Below, in pieces: positions 10,364-20,544 of a stretch of DNA of 64,000 nucleotides (position 1 is the first letter of the stretch; every line of letters starts with the position of its first letter). The translations under genes and the position numbers were made by a program. Location: the IMG/VR virus record IMGVR_UViG_3300032322_001765, positions 124,001 to 188,000 of that record; one strand, written 5' to 3'. The notes below the pieces were generated by a model. It did not search any database, had not been told where the DNA came from, and saw only the letters and a program-made list of their open reading frames with translations.

Positions 10364-11661
10364 TGTATTCCATTGTAATACCACATTTAAGTGATAGCAA
10401 ATATATAGATACGTGTATAAAATATATTAAAGAAAATAGTAAGTATGATCCTGAGATCATACAAATCGTAGATGAAATAGACGTATATTATGCTTTTAAC
10501 AAAGGCGTCTATCAAGCTAGTAATGATATCGTAGTATTAATGAATGATGATATGATTGTTAGTGAAAATTGGGATGAGTTTATTCCGTTATTTTTGGCAG
10601 AAGATACTTTTCTAACATTTAACGTAGTAGAAGCTAATCCAGGAAAAATGGATGGTCCTGAGTGTATAAAATACGATTGCGGAGATAGTTTAGATAATTT
10701 TAACTATGAAAAGTTTGACCGTTTTGTAAAAGAAAATAAAGATCAAATGCCAATCATACAGTTTAATACGATTGGTTGGTATATGCCTTTTGTAGTAAAT
10801 CGTAAAAGTTTCGTGTCATATCCAAACATTGACAAATTCCCTTTATATGCCAATGATGTGACACTTTTTCATTCAGTTTTACCTAATTTGGGATATAAAG
10901 TTGCATTATTGAATAGTTTCGTGTATCATTTCAGTAGAAAGGGTACCCAACAGTTTTATAAAGAGAAGATTATGAAAAAACGAGCCATATTTACATATAG
11001 TAATCATCAAATAGATGAGAAGATTTCTTATTTACAAAAACAGATGATTAGTAGATACAACACAAACAAGTTGTGCAAGTATGAATATTTGCACTATAAA
11101 AAACCTGATGGAGAAATGACACCCGATCAAGTGATTGAATATGGACTCGATAAATTATTTTACGTAGATAATTATCATACTATCCTAATGTTAGATATAG
11201 ATTGTGTACCATTAAGTACTCATGCACTAGAATATACATTTGAACGTGCGGAACAGGGAGTTTTAATTGGTAATGTTCAACGAAGTAATCATATAGAAAA
11301 CAACAAACATATATATCCAGCTCCTAGTTGTATCGCATTAACAAAAGAAATGTATGAAAAATTAGGTAAACCAAGTTGGAAACCTACAAACAGGGGCGAT
11401 ATAGGAGAAGAACTTTGTTATATTGCAGAGGAAAAAGGCATAGAAATAGAAATGTTTATGCCCAGCAAGTACGAAGAAATACCATATTGGAATACAGATG
11501 AACGCAAGCCTTGGGACTTGCGTGATGGTGATCCGCAATTTGGTATAGGAACTACGTTCGTAGACAAAGATGGCAATGAAATGTTCTATCATTTATTTCA
11601 AAGTAGATTGAATGTGTTCAATCATTTGTTCTTCCTTAAATGTGCGAGTGTGATGCTATGA
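10363..11661 (+). CDS. Two-domain GT-A (GT2-like) glycosyltransferase
   Basis: SIVIP...FNKGV...LMNDDM...VYHF; second domain with LDIDCVP. Confidence 0.65.
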   Translation: MYSIVIPHLSDSKYIDTCIKYIKENSKYDPEIIQIVDEIDVYYAFNKGVYQASNDIVVLMNDDMIVSENWDEFIPLFLAEDTFLTFNVVEANPGKMDGPECIKYDCGDSLDNFNYEKFDRFVKENKDQMPIIQFNTIGWYMPFVVNRKSFVSYPNIDKFPLYANDVTLFHSVLPNLGYKVALLNSFVYHFSRKGTQQFYKEKIMKKRAIFTYSNHQIDEKISYLQKQMISRYNTNKLCKYEYLHYKKPDGEMTPDQVIEYGLDKLFYVDNYHTILMLDIDCVPLSTHALEYTFERAEQGVLIGNVQRSNHIENNKHIYPAPSCIALTKEMYEKLGKPSWKPTNRGDIGEELCYIAEEKGIEIEMFMPSKYEEIPYWNTDERKPWDLRDGDPQFGIGTTFVDKDGNEMFYHLFQSRLNVFNHLFFLKCASVML

Positions 11662-12341
11662 AAAGTACGAGGGATATATTTTGGAAGTTAAAACTAAAAT
11701 GTCACAAGTGGGAAAACTATTTTGACATTTATGATAAAATAATGCCCAAATATAAAAACACTCATCCTAAAATTTTAGAGGTTGGTGTAGCACACGGTGG
11801 CTCTTTAGAACTGTGGATTAACTATTTTGAAAATGATTTAGATTTGTACGCAGTTGATATAAACAAAGATTTTTTAGGATACAAATTTGATGAAGTAGAA
11901 GTTAATTATAGCTGTGTGGATCAAGGTAGTCAGGAACATTGGGATGCATATTTAAAAGACGATAAAACATTTGATATTATCATCGATGATGGAAGTCATA
12001 TGATGAATGATCAAATTGTAACATTATTGAACTTATTTCCTAAATTGAATAACGGTGGTATGTACATAATAGAAGATACTCATACTAGTTATTGGAGTGA
12101 CTGGGAGGGTGGTTTACATAAACAGGGAACATGTATAGAGTTTTGCAAACAACTAATTGATTTATTACACTCACCTCATATTTCACAGTCAGCACCTCCC
12201 GAACTTGCTAGAGTGTTTAAAGATTTAAAATCTGTAAACTTTTATAATAGTATGATTGTTTTAGAAAAAGAGCATGTAGAGCATCCTGCAAAACCTGCAC
12301 ACAATGAAGAAAGCTGGCACCCCGATTTTAAATGGGGCTAA
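11658..12341 (+). CDS. Class I SAM-dependent methyltransferase (sugar O-methyltransferase-like)
   Basis: HKWENYFDIY, ILEVGVAHGGSL, DIIIDDGSH, YIIEDTHTSY; ATG at 11658 overlaps the upstream stop. Confidence 0.8.
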   Translation: MKSTRDIFWKLKLKCHKWENYFDIYDKIMPKYKNTHPKILEVGVAHGGSLELWINYFENDLDLYAVDINKDFLGYKFDEVEVNYSCVDQGSQEHWDAYLKDDKTFDIIIDDGSHMMNDQIVTLLNLFPKLNNGGMYIIEDTHTSYWSDWEGGLHKQGTCIEFCKQLIDLLHSPHISQSAPPELARVFKDLKSVNFYNSMIVLEKEHVEHPAKPAHNEESWHPDFKWG

Positions 12342-12343
12342 AC

Positions 12344-13735
12344 ATGGTAAATTTATTAGTAGTATTACAAAGTCATAGTAAATCTAATAATCAAAAACAG
12401 ATTACTAGATATATGTCTAACGATAAAGCTGAAATCAGCTATCGTTGCATTAAATCTTTGATAAAATCATTAAATCATGTTTTAACAGAAAAGCCTAACG
12501 AAGTTAGAATTACACTTCAAATATTAGATGATCATAGTGACAGTAGTTTTTTAGATAAGCTTCAACAATTGATGAAGGACTGTAAGTTTGAGGTAAATCT
12601 AAAACATTTAGACACCTATGGAATAATGCCTAGTATTTTAGCGTGTTATGAGTATGGCAGAGACCATGGAAAAGATTTAGTTTATTTCGCACAGGATGAT
12701 TATCTTTACTATGAAACTTGTATTTTTGAAATGATTGATGCGTATTTTAGGTTTACAGAAAAATCAAAACTTCCTGTATGCATTTATCCTTTTGATGATC
12801 CTTATAGATATGGTATTCCAGTCGATAGACAACCAATGGTTACAGTACATTTAGGAATAAAACGACACTGGAGAACAGCGTTTGGTACAGCAAGTTGTTT
12901 TATGGTAGACCATGCTACACTAATAAAACATTTTGATTTATTTGACGCTATGGGAAATCACCCTGTTAATAATATAATGGAAGATTCAACTATTAACAGA
13001 TTGTTTAGTGAACGAGGATGTCTACTTTTTACTCCCATACCTAGTTTAGCCCTACACGCACAAGCTGACACAGAAAAAGATCCTTATATCGATTGGAAAG
13101 AATTATGGGATCAATTCGCCGAAGATACTAAACAAAATTATAAACATTTATTTCAAACTGATAAAAAAATTGTTTTAAATTTGGGAGCCGGCAGCACTTC
13201 GGTTCATAGACAAACACTATTGTTTAAAGATTACAAAGAATTAACAGTTGATGTTAAAATAGCTGAACCAGATATAGTTGATGATATTGTGACATTGAAC
13301 AATATTCCAGATGAGACTGTAGATGCTTTTTGGGCCTGCCATGTTGTGGAACATGTCTATTATCATAAATTACCAAAAATGTTTAATTCTATGGTAAGAG
13401 TATTAAAAAAAGATGGATTTGGTATTATTCGTGTACCTGACATAGGATCAATCGCACATATGATTGAAGATGATTTGTTTACACCTGTCTATGATAGCAG
13501 TGTCGGACCTATATGTCCGATAGATATTTTATATAGTTCACGTGTCTTAGTTGAAAAGTACGGAGAACCAATGGCACATAAAACAGGATTTACATTAAAA
13601 TCTATGAATAGTATCTTACAGGACTTAAATATAAAAGCTTTCACCAATAAAGTTAATGGTGAAATCGTAGCAATTTTGTTCAAGGATGTAAGTCCTGAAC
13701 ATTTATTTTCAAACCCTAATTTTAAATTTATATGA
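12344..13735 (+). CDS. GT2-like glycosyltransferase fused to a methyltransferase
   Basis: ILDDHSD, YFAQDDYL, TPIPSLALH; C-terminal LNLGAG...HVVEH...RVLKKDG...VPD. Confidence 0.65.
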   Translation: MVNLLVVLQSHSKSNNQKQITRYMSNDKAEISYRCIKSLIKSLNHVLTEKPNEVRITLQILDDHSDSSFLDKLQQLMKDCKFEVNLKHLDTYGIMPSILACYEYGRDHGKDLVYFAQDDYLYYETCIFEMIDAYFRFTEKSKLPVCIYPFDDPYRYGIPVDRQPMVTVHLGIKRHWRTAFGTASCFMVDHATLIKHFDLFDAMGNHPVNNIMEDSTINRLFSERGCLLFTPIPSLALHAQADTEKDPYIDWKELWDQFAEDTKQNYKHLFQTDKKIVLNLGAGSTSVHRQTLLFKDYKELTVDVKIAEPDIVDDIVTLNNIPDETVDAFWACHVVEHVYYHKLPKMFNSMVRVLKKDGFGIIRVPDIGSIAHMIEDDLFTPVYDSSVGPICPIDILYSSRVLVEKYGEPMAHKTGFTLKSMNSILQDLNIKAFTNKVNGEIVAILFKDVSPEHLFSNPNFKFI

Positions 13736-14127
13736 AAAAAATATTTATAAACGGCACATTCGACATTTTGCATAGAGGCCATTTAGAGTTATTGAACTAT
13801 GCTAGAAATTTAGGAGATGAATTAAGCGTAGCTATAGATAGTGATGCCCGAGTCAAAAAACTTAAAGGTAAAGACAGACCAATTAATAGTCAAGAAGAAA
13901 GAGCATTGATGTTAATAAATCTAAAAGCAGTAGATAAAGTGTATCTGTTTGATACTGACAAAGATTTAGTAAAATTAATTAGTGAACATGACGTTATGGT
14001 TAAGGGATCCGATTATAAAGATAAAAAAATAATTGGACAAGATGAATGCAAAGAATTAGTATTTTTTGAATATATAGATGGATACAGTACAACAGAAAAA
14101 ATTCAAGATATTACTACTAGGGGATAA
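13732..14127 (+). CDS. Cytidylyl/adenylyltransferase, RfaE domain II (HldC)/TagD-like
   Basis: NGTFDILHRGH, SDARVKKLKGKDRPIN, VKGSDY, GYSTT. Confidence 0.9.
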   Translation: MKKIFINGTFDILHRGHLELLNYARNLGDELSVAIDSDARVKKLKGKDRPINSQEERALMLINLKAVDKVYLFDTDKDLVKLISEHDVMVKGSDYKDKKIIGQDECKELVFFEYIDGYSTTEKIQDITTRG

Positions 14128-14830
14128 TGGTATTGATCAATATCAATATGGAACGGTGACGAGAATTAGTCCTGAAGCTCCTGTACCTGTATTGAATTAT
14201 ACACATACTGTAACCAAACCTGGCATGGCAGCTAATGTTAAGGACAATCTTGAAAAACTAAACTGCCAAGTTGAATTCATTCATGGGATAAAAACGTCTA
14301 TTAAAACTAGAGTTATAGATAGCAAAACCAAACATCATTTAATTAGGATAGATCAGGATTCTCCGAGTAAAGTGATTAAGATAGATTACAAAAGCCTATC
14401 ACAATATGATGCAATAATAATCAGTGACTATAATAAAGGATCAATTGAATATGAAACAATCGAAAAAGTTCGTGAAAACTATGATGGTCCTATTTTTGTT
14501 GACACAAAAAAAACAGATTTAGTTAGATGTGAGGGATGTTATGTCAAAATCAATCAATCAGAGTTTGAGGCAGCAAAAACATATCCCACAGATTTAATAG
14601 TTACGAACGGAGATAAAGGTGTTAAATATAAAAATCAAACATTTAAAATTCCTAAAATAGAAGCTTTTGATGTTTGTGGAGCCGGAGATACGTTTTTAGC
14701 ATCTCTTGCTTATAAGTATTGCGAAACTAAAGATATTATTGCTTCCATAAATTTTGCTATAAAAGCAGCAAATGTCACAATCCAGCATATAGGTGTTTAC
14801 AGTCCAACATTAGAAGAAATAGAAAAATAA
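14078..14830 (+). CDS. PfkB-family sugar kinase, RfaE domain I (HldA)-like
   Basis: RISPEAPVPV, GMAANV, ISDYNKG, DVCGAGDTF. Confidence 0.9.
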   Translation: MDTVQQKKFKILLLGDNGIDQYQYGTVTRISPEAPVPVLNYTHTVTKPGMAANVKDNLEKLNCQVEFIHGIKTSIKTRVIDSKTKHHLIRIDQDSPSKVIKIDYKSLSQYDAIIISDYNKGSIEYETIEKVRENYDGPIFVDTKKTDLVRCEGCYVKINQSEFEAAKTYPTDLIVTNGDKGVKYKNQTFKIPKIEAFDVCGAGDTFLASLAYKYCETKDIIASINFAIKAANVTIQHIGVYSPTLEEIEK

Positions 14831-14831
14831 T

Positions 14832-15209
14832 ATGACAAGACTAGAAGGTTATGTAGAAAAAGGTTGGGGCCATGAATTAATATGGGCTACCAACGATCAG
14901 TACTGTGGGAAGTTATTGAAATTTAACACAGGTGCAAAATTTAGTATGCATTTTCATGCTAAAAAAGATGAATCTTGGTATGTATTAGATGGGTCGTTTA
15001 TCGTTAAAGTTATTGACACTAACAATGCCAACATGCACGAATGTAAACTTGAGCAAGGTATGACATGGAGAAATCTACCATTAGTGCCTCATCAAATAGA
15101 GTGCATTGAAGCAGGAACTATTATTGAAGTTAGTACTCCAGATAGTGTAGAAGATAATTTTAGAGTAATGCCAGGAGACAGTCAAAAAAATGAATATATT
15201 CCAAACTGA
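14832..15209 (+). CDS. Cupin (sugar-phosphate isomerase-like)
   Basis: VEKGWGHELIWA, SMHFHAKKDESWYV, PHQ, EVSTPDSVEDNFRV. Confidence 0.75.
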   Translation: MTRLEGYVEKGWGHELIWATNDQYCGKLLKFNTGAKFSMHFHAKKDESWYVLDGSFIVKVIDTNNANMHECKLEQGMTWRNLPLVPHQIECIEAGTIIEVSTPDSVEDNFRVMPGDSQKNEYIPN

Positions 15210-15624
15210 CTACGACACAAGATTACAGGATTGGTATAATCTTAAACAATCGTCTAGGGAGTTAGATATACTTGAAAAGTGTGTAAAGATTGATAATTGG
15301 TGGCAAAAAGCACCTTTAGTAAACCGTTATTTACATACAATGGATACAGATTCTTGGCCTGATCCTTGGGAACTTTTGGTAGAAAATACCTACTGTGAAG
15401 TTGCAAGAGCGTTAGGAATGTGTTATACTTTATACATGACCGGCGTTAATGATATAGAAATGGTTGAAGCAACAGATAATTTAGGTAATGATGTGGTATT
15501 AGTCCTAATCGACAGTGCAAAATATATACTTAATTATTGGCCCGACACGGTAGTAAATAACTGTCTACAAGACTTTCGTATCAATCGAACAGTCAACATA
15601 CAAACACTCTTACAAAAATTATAA
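15190..15624 (+). CDS. Hypothetical phage protein
   Basis: 144-aa ORF coupled to neighbours; WPDPWELL..N.YC segment; no function recognised. Confidence 0.6.
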   Translation: MNIFQTDYDTRLQDWYNLKQSSRELDILEKCVKIDNWWQKAPLVNRYLHTMDTDSWPDPWELLVENTYCEVARALGMCYTLYMTGVNDIEMVEATDNLGNDVVLVLIDSAKYILNYWPDTVVNNCLQDFRINRTVNIQTLLQKL

Positions 15625-15634
15625 TAGGTAAAAT

Positions 15635-17968
15635 ATGAATAATATCACAGTCATCAAACGCAGCGGAGAAATAGTACCATTAGATATAAGCAAAATTCAA
15701 AGACAAGTGCAATATGGATGCAGAGGAATCGAACATGTTAGTCCTAGCATGATTGAAATTAAAGCGCAAATAGAATTGCATGACGGCATTAGCACAGAAA
15801 CAATTGATGAATTATTGCTTAAGGCAATGGTTGATTTGATTGATGAAACAGAAAATCCTGACATAAACCATGTCAATTATCAGTATGTAGCAGGAAGACA
15901 AAAAGTAAGTATGTTACGTAAAGAGGTTTATGGTATATATTCTCCACCGCCATTGTATGAGATTGTAAAGAAAAATATTGAATTAGGAATGTATACTCCT
16001 GAGTTGTTAGAATGGTATACAAAAGAAGAATGGGATATTATTGACTTATTCATTGACCACAGCAAGGACGAAAATTATACCTATGCGGCTATCGCACAAT
16101 TGGCAGAAAAGTACTTAGTTCAGAACCGTGCTACTGGTCAAATCTATGAAACACCGCAAGTAAGATATGCTATTGCCGCAGCAACAGCATTTCATAACGA
16201 ACCAAAGGAGAAACGATTAAAATATGTTAAAGAATATTACGAATGCGCTAGTGACGGGCATTTCACGTTGGCTACCCCTGTGTTGGCGGGTCTTGGCACA
16301 ACTACAAAACAGTTTAGTAGTTGTGTCCTTATTAGTAGTGATGATACTCTTGATTCAATTTTTGCAGCTGGTGAAATGATGGCAAAATATGCTAGCAAAC
16401 GTGCTGGCATAGGATTAGAGATTGGGCGTATTCGTCCAGTAGGTGCCCCTATTCGTAATGGTGAAATCAAACATACAGGCATGATTCCTTTCTTAAAGAA
16501 ATGGTTTGGTGACTTACGTAGTTGTAGTCAAGGTGGTGTGCGTAATGCAAGTTGCACAGTTACCTTTCCTGTATGGCATTATCAGTTTGAAGATTTAATT
16601 GTACTTAAAAATAATCAAGGAACAGAAGAAACACGTGTTCGTCAAATGGATTATAGTGTAGTAATTAATAAAATGTTTTGGAATCGTTTTAAAAACAATG
16701 AAAACATTACACTGTTCGATCCTCATGAGGTACCTGATTTATACGAAGCGTTTTATAGAGATTCAGAAGAATTTGAAAAACTCTATAAAATGTATGAGCA
16801 TAAGAAAAATATAAAGAAAAAAGTATTACCTGCAGTAGAGATTATCAAAAATGGTATACTGAAAGAAAGAACAGATACCGGTCGTATCTATATGGTTTTT
16901 ATTGATAACGTCATAAATCAAGGCCCATTCGATACTAAATTAGATCCTATCTATCAAAGTAATCTCTGCCAAGAAATATTGTTACCTACCCGACCATTTC
17001 AAAGAATTGAAGATGTGAACGGTAGAATAGCACTTTGCACACTTGGTAGTATTAATTGGGGAGCATTTAAAACTCCGCAAGAGATGCGCAAAGCATGTAG
17101 AGTCTTAGTCAGAAGTTTAAGTAATCTTTTAGGATATCAAGATTTCTTAAGTGTACAAAGCAAATTAGCAAATGAAGATTTTGAGCCACTAGGTGTGGGT
17201 ATTACAAATCTTGCTTATTGGCATGCAAAGCGTAACATGAAATATGGACAGGAAGATAGTTTAGCAGAAGTAAAACGTTGGATAGAACATCAGGCTTACT
17301 ACTTGACAGAAATGAGTGTTGAACTAGCACAAGAGCGCGGACCATGTAAATTGAGTGGTCAAACATATTATGGTAAAGGCATATTCCCTTGGGAAAGACG
17401 CAACAAAGGGGTCGATGAACTCACTAACTTTGCACCTAGTACAAACTTAGATTGGGAAGCATTAAGAACTAAACTGTTACAATATGGTATTAGAAATGCT
17501 ACACTAATGGCTATTGCACCTGTCGAGAGTTCCAGTGTTGTACTAAACAGCACGAATGGTATTGAATTACCAATGGAATTAATTAGTGTAAAAGAAAGCA
17601 AAGCAGGTAGCTTTGTACAAGTAGTTCCTGAATATAAGCGTTTAAAAAATCGGTATCAATTAATGTGGGAACAAAAAGATTGCGTAGACTATTTGAAAAC
17701 AAGTGCTGTCTTAGCTGCATACATAGACCAAAGCATTAGTACAAATACTTTTTACAATCCTGCATTTTACAATGGTAAAGTGCCAGGCACACTAATTGCT
17801 AAAAATTTGATGCTAGCATACAAGTGGGGAATAAAAACAATATATTATAGCCTCATTAATAAAGTTGGTGCTAAAGCAAATTTAAGTGAAGAACAAAATA
17901 ACGTAGTATATTTTCAAAGTCCTAAAGAAACAGAGGACGAAGAATATTGCGAGAGTTGCGTTCTATAA
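15635..17968 (+). CDS. nrdA: Class Ia ribonucleotide reductase alpha subunit with ATP-cone
   Basis: VIKRSG ATP-cone, TPV.AG, QFSSCVL, QSNLCQEI, AIAPVESSS, C-terminal CESC. Confidence 0.97.
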   Translation: MNNITVIKRSGEIVPLDISKIQRQVQYGCRGIEHVSPSMIEIKAQIELHDGISTETIDELLLKAMVDLIDETENPDINHVNYQYVAGRQKVSMLRKEVYGIYSPPPLYEIVKKNIELGMYTPELLEWYTKEEWDIIDLFIDHSKDENYTYAAIAQLAEKYLVQNRATGQIYETPQVRYAIAAATAFHNEPKEKRLKYVKEYYECASDGHFTLATPVLAGLGTTTKQFSSCVLISSDDTLDSIFAAGEMMAKYASKRAGIGLEIGRIRPVGAPIRNGEIKHTGMIPFLKKWFGDLRSCSQGGVRNASCTVTFPVWHYQFEDLIVLKNNQGTEETRVRQMDYSVVINKMFWNRFKNNENITLFDPHEVPDLYEAFYRDSEEFEKLYKMYEHKKNIKKKVLPAVEIIKNGILKERTDTGRIYMVFIDNVINQGPFDTKLDPIYQSNLCQEILLPTRPFQRIEDVNGRIALCTLGSINWGAFKTPQEMRKACRVLVRSLSNLLGYQDFLSVQSKLANEDFEPLGVGITNLAYWHAKRNMKYGQEDSLAEVKRWIEHQAYYLTEMSVELAQERGPCKLSGQTYYGKGIFPWERRNKGVDELTNFAPSTNLDWEALRTKLLQYGIRNATLMAIAPVESSSVVLNSTNGIELPMELISVKESKAGSFVQVVPEYKRLKNRYQLMWEQKDCVDYLKTSAVLAAYIDQSISTNTFYNPAFYNGKVPGTLIAKNLMLAYKWGIKTIYYSLINKVGAKANLSEEQNNVVYFQSPKETEDEEYCESCVL

Positions 17969-18615
17969 TGGCGCATTTAGTTGCTAACCTCCCACCAGTG
18001 CATTGTTATATTCGTAAAGAATTCCTTTATGATTTTACTAAAGGGTTCGGCGAATATGAACCATGTATTTGGATTACAATAAAAAGTATTCGTGGACAAG
18101 CGTTTCGTATTGAAGCCTATTTACCTAACTATGGAGCTTTGTATGACAAGTTGCCACTTAATGCGTTTGTAAGTAGAACAGATAATTTAGATGCCGATAA
18201 ATTCTTACCCTTAGACACATTACAAATATGGGATTGTTTTAGTTATGATTTTACTGTAATACAAAAGGCATTTTTAAAAAACTTAACAGCTAAATTTTAC
18301 GCTAAGGATAAACAATTTTATTCAGGTAATTACTTATTCACAGTTGATCATTGCAGCCCAGACACAAATATAATTGATACAAGTTACAGTGAATATCCTG
18401 AGGATCACAAAAGTTTTAATTTTATAGAATTAGACAATGGACAATATGCAGCACAACCAAATAACAGATGTATTTTCTTAGATGCAGCAAGTAATCCAAA
18501 TACATTGTTATTTCCTGATTTTATAGTATGCTCTAAAAAATATGTAGTAGAAACCAATCCTAAATGGAGTTTAGGAGACACAAACACAGTTATGTATGAA
18601 AAGGTAGAAAAATGA
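17968..18615 (+). CDS. Hypothetical protein between nrdA and nrdB
   Basis: TAATG overlap with nrdA; MAHLVANLPP...WDCFSY...EDHKS...GQYAAQPNNR; no nuclease motif seen. Confidence 0.7.
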   Translation: MAHLVANLPPVHCYIRKEFLYDFTKGFGEYEPCIWITIKSIRGQAFRIEAYLPNYGALYDKLPLNAFVSRTDNLDADKFLPLDTLQIWDCFSYDFTVIQKAFLKNLTAKFYAKDKQFYSGNYLFTVDHCSPDTNIIDTSYSEYPEDHKSFNFIELDNGQYAAQPNNRCIFLDAASNPNTLLFPDFIVCSKKYVVETNPKWSLGDTNTVMYEKVEK

Positions 18616-19712
18616 GTAAACAACAATATGATATAGGTAAAAAGGTAAATTATTTACAAAGAAATATGTTTTTGGATATAGAAGGGCCTGTCACAGTGCA
18701 GCGTTTTGAAGAAGTTAAATATCCAAAGATTGCAAAGTATGAAGAAACTGCACGTGGTTTCTTTTGGGTGCCAGAAGAAATTAGTTTGACTAAAGACAAG
18801 ATAGACCATAAAGAAGCAAGTGATACAGTAAAGCATATTTTCACAAGCAATTTATTACGTCAAACAGCACTCGACAGTATTCAAGGTCGTGCGCCTGCAC
18901 AAGTATTTGGTCCAGTAATTAGTGTACCGGAACTTGAAGCATTAGTGAATAACTGGAGTTTCTTTGAAACTAATATTCACAGTAAATCATATTCCCACAT
19001 TATTCGTAATGTATATGGAGTACCAAAAGAAGAATTCAATAAGATACACGACACAAAAGAAATTGTTGAAATGGCATCAAATGTAGGTGAGTATTATGAC
19101 AAACTACATCAACTTAACTGTAGCAAAGAAACAGGAGCTATGGTATCAGAAGATGATCACATTAAAGCTATTTGGTTAGCACTAAATGCAAGTTACGCAC
19201 TTGAGGCATTGCGCTTTATGGTTAGTTTTGCTACAAGTCTTGCGATGGTAGAAAATAAAATATTCATTGGTAATGGTAATATCATAAGTCTTATTTTACA
19301 AGACGAATTACTACATACCGAATGGACAGCATATTTAATTAATCAAGTAGTAAAAGATGATCACAGATTTGCAAAAGCAAAACTAGACTGTGAAAAAGAA
19401 GTTTATGAAATGTATCTTAGCGTCATTAAAGAAGAAAAACAATGGGCAGAATATTTGTTTAGTAAGGGCGTAGTAATTGGACTAAACAGCGATATTCTTA
19501 AGGACTTTGTTGACTTCACAGCTTTTAATCGGTTGAAAGACATAGGCATTAAATATTTAGAGAATCATCCAAAAAGCAGTCCTATTCCTTGGTTCAGTAA
19601 GCACGTGAACATAAACAAGAAACAGGTAGCTTTGCAAGAGAATGAATCTACTAACTACGTTATTGGAGTTATGTCTGACGAGGTTAGTTTAGAAGAACTA
19701 CCTGTACTATAA
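18612..19712 (+). CDS. nrdB: Class Ia ribonucleotide reductase beta subunit
   Basis: FFWVPEEI, LDSIQ, ETNIHSKSY (radical Tyr), EALRF, DELLH, QENESTNY. Confidence 0.97.
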   Translation: MSKQQYDIGKKVNYLQRNMFLDIEGPVTVQRFEEVKYPKIAKYEETARGFFWVPEEISLTKDKIDHKEASDTVKHIFTSNLLRQTALDSIQGRAPAQVFGPVISVPELEALVNNWSFFETNIHSKSYSHIIRNVYGVPKEEFNKIHDTKEIVEMASNVGEYYDKLHQLNCSKETGAMVSEDDHIKAIWLALNASYALEALRFMVSFATSLAMVENKIFIGNGNIISLILQDELLHTEWTAYLINQVVKDDHRFAKAKLDCEKEVYEMYLSVIKEEKQWAEYLFSKGVVIGLNSDILKDFVDFTAFNRLKDIGIKYLENHPKSSPIPWFSKHVNINKKQVALQENESTNYVIGVMSDEVSLEELPVL

Positions 19713-19733
19713 AAAATAATAAAGGGGAGAAGT

Positions 19734-19964
19734 ATGCAGGCAGTAGTATGGAGCAAGTACCACTGTCCTTTTTGTGACCAAGCAAAAGCATTATTAGAAG
19801 CAAAAGGGATAGAGTACGTAGAAAAGAAAATAGGAGATGGGTACACTAGAGAAGATTTACTAGAAGAAGTACCTACTGCAAGAACAGTACCACAAATTTT
19901 CGTAGATGGAAAACTCATAGGTGGGTTTACAGAACTAAAGAAAATGCTAATTGAAAGCAAATAA
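19734..19964 (+). CDS. Glutaredoxin
   Basis: CPFC active site, TVPQIF, IGGF; follows nrdB. Confidence 0.95.
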   Translation: MQAVVWSKYHCPFCDQAKALLEAKGIEYVEKKIGDGYTREDLLEEVPTARTVPQIFVDGKLIGGFTELKKMLIESK

Positions 19965-20257
19965 TGGAACTAAACAAAATTTACACATTTAAATTAAACT
20001 CAGGTGAAGAGATAATTGCTAAAATAGTAGGCGACGGTCCTAAGTTTATCGTAATACAAAACCCCGTTTCAGTAGCCCCAAACGGTAAGGGAATCGGATT
20101 AATTCCTAGCTTATTCACTGCTGATATTAACGGTGAGGCCAAGCTAAATATTAATAGTGTTAGTGTGTATGCAGAGACCGACGAAAGCATACAAACTAAG
20201 TACATTGAGATAACTACTGGAATAAGTATTCCAGATAAAAAGATTTTAGTAGGATAA
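19964..20257 (+). CDS. Hypothetical phage protein (possible Sm-like fold)
   Basis: FKLNSGEEIIAK N-terminus typical of a small T4-like phage family. Confidence 0.55.
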   Translation: MELNKIYTFKLNSGEEIIAKIVGDGPKFIVIQNPVSVAPNGKGIGLIPSLFTADINGEAKLNINSVSVYAETDESIQTKYIEITTGISIPDKKILVG

Positions 20258-20262
20258 ATTAA

Positions 20263-20544
20263 ATGCCAAAACTTAGTCGTGTAGGAGATACAGATCAGCC
20301 CGGAGGTGCGATAGTCCGTGGTGCTCAAACTGTTATCTGTAATGGAATTAAAGTAGGACTGCATGTCAGCCCCATTACACCTCACGCCCCTTGGGGAACC
20401 CCGCACCCTCCCCATCATAATGCAGTCACAACAAACGGTAGCCCAACTGTATTCGCAGAAGGCGCACCTGTACTCAGAGTAGGATCTGGAAACAGTTGTG
20501 GACACAGTATTGTGAAGGGGAGTCCAGATGTTTTCGTGCCATGA
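20263..20544 (+). CDS. PAAR-repeat spike tip protein
   Basis: SRVGD, GSPTVFAEGAPVLRVG..CGH.IVKGSPDVF. Confidence 0.9.
   Translation: MPKLSRVGDTDQPGGAIVRGAQTVICNGIKVGLHVSPITPHAPWGTPHPPHHNAVTTNGSPTVFAEGAPVLRVGSGNSCGHSIVKGSPDVFVP

Noticed and set aside
15635-19712. Introns or inteins in nrdA/nrdB
   Set aside because: Both have normal length (777 and 366 aa) and continuous motifs
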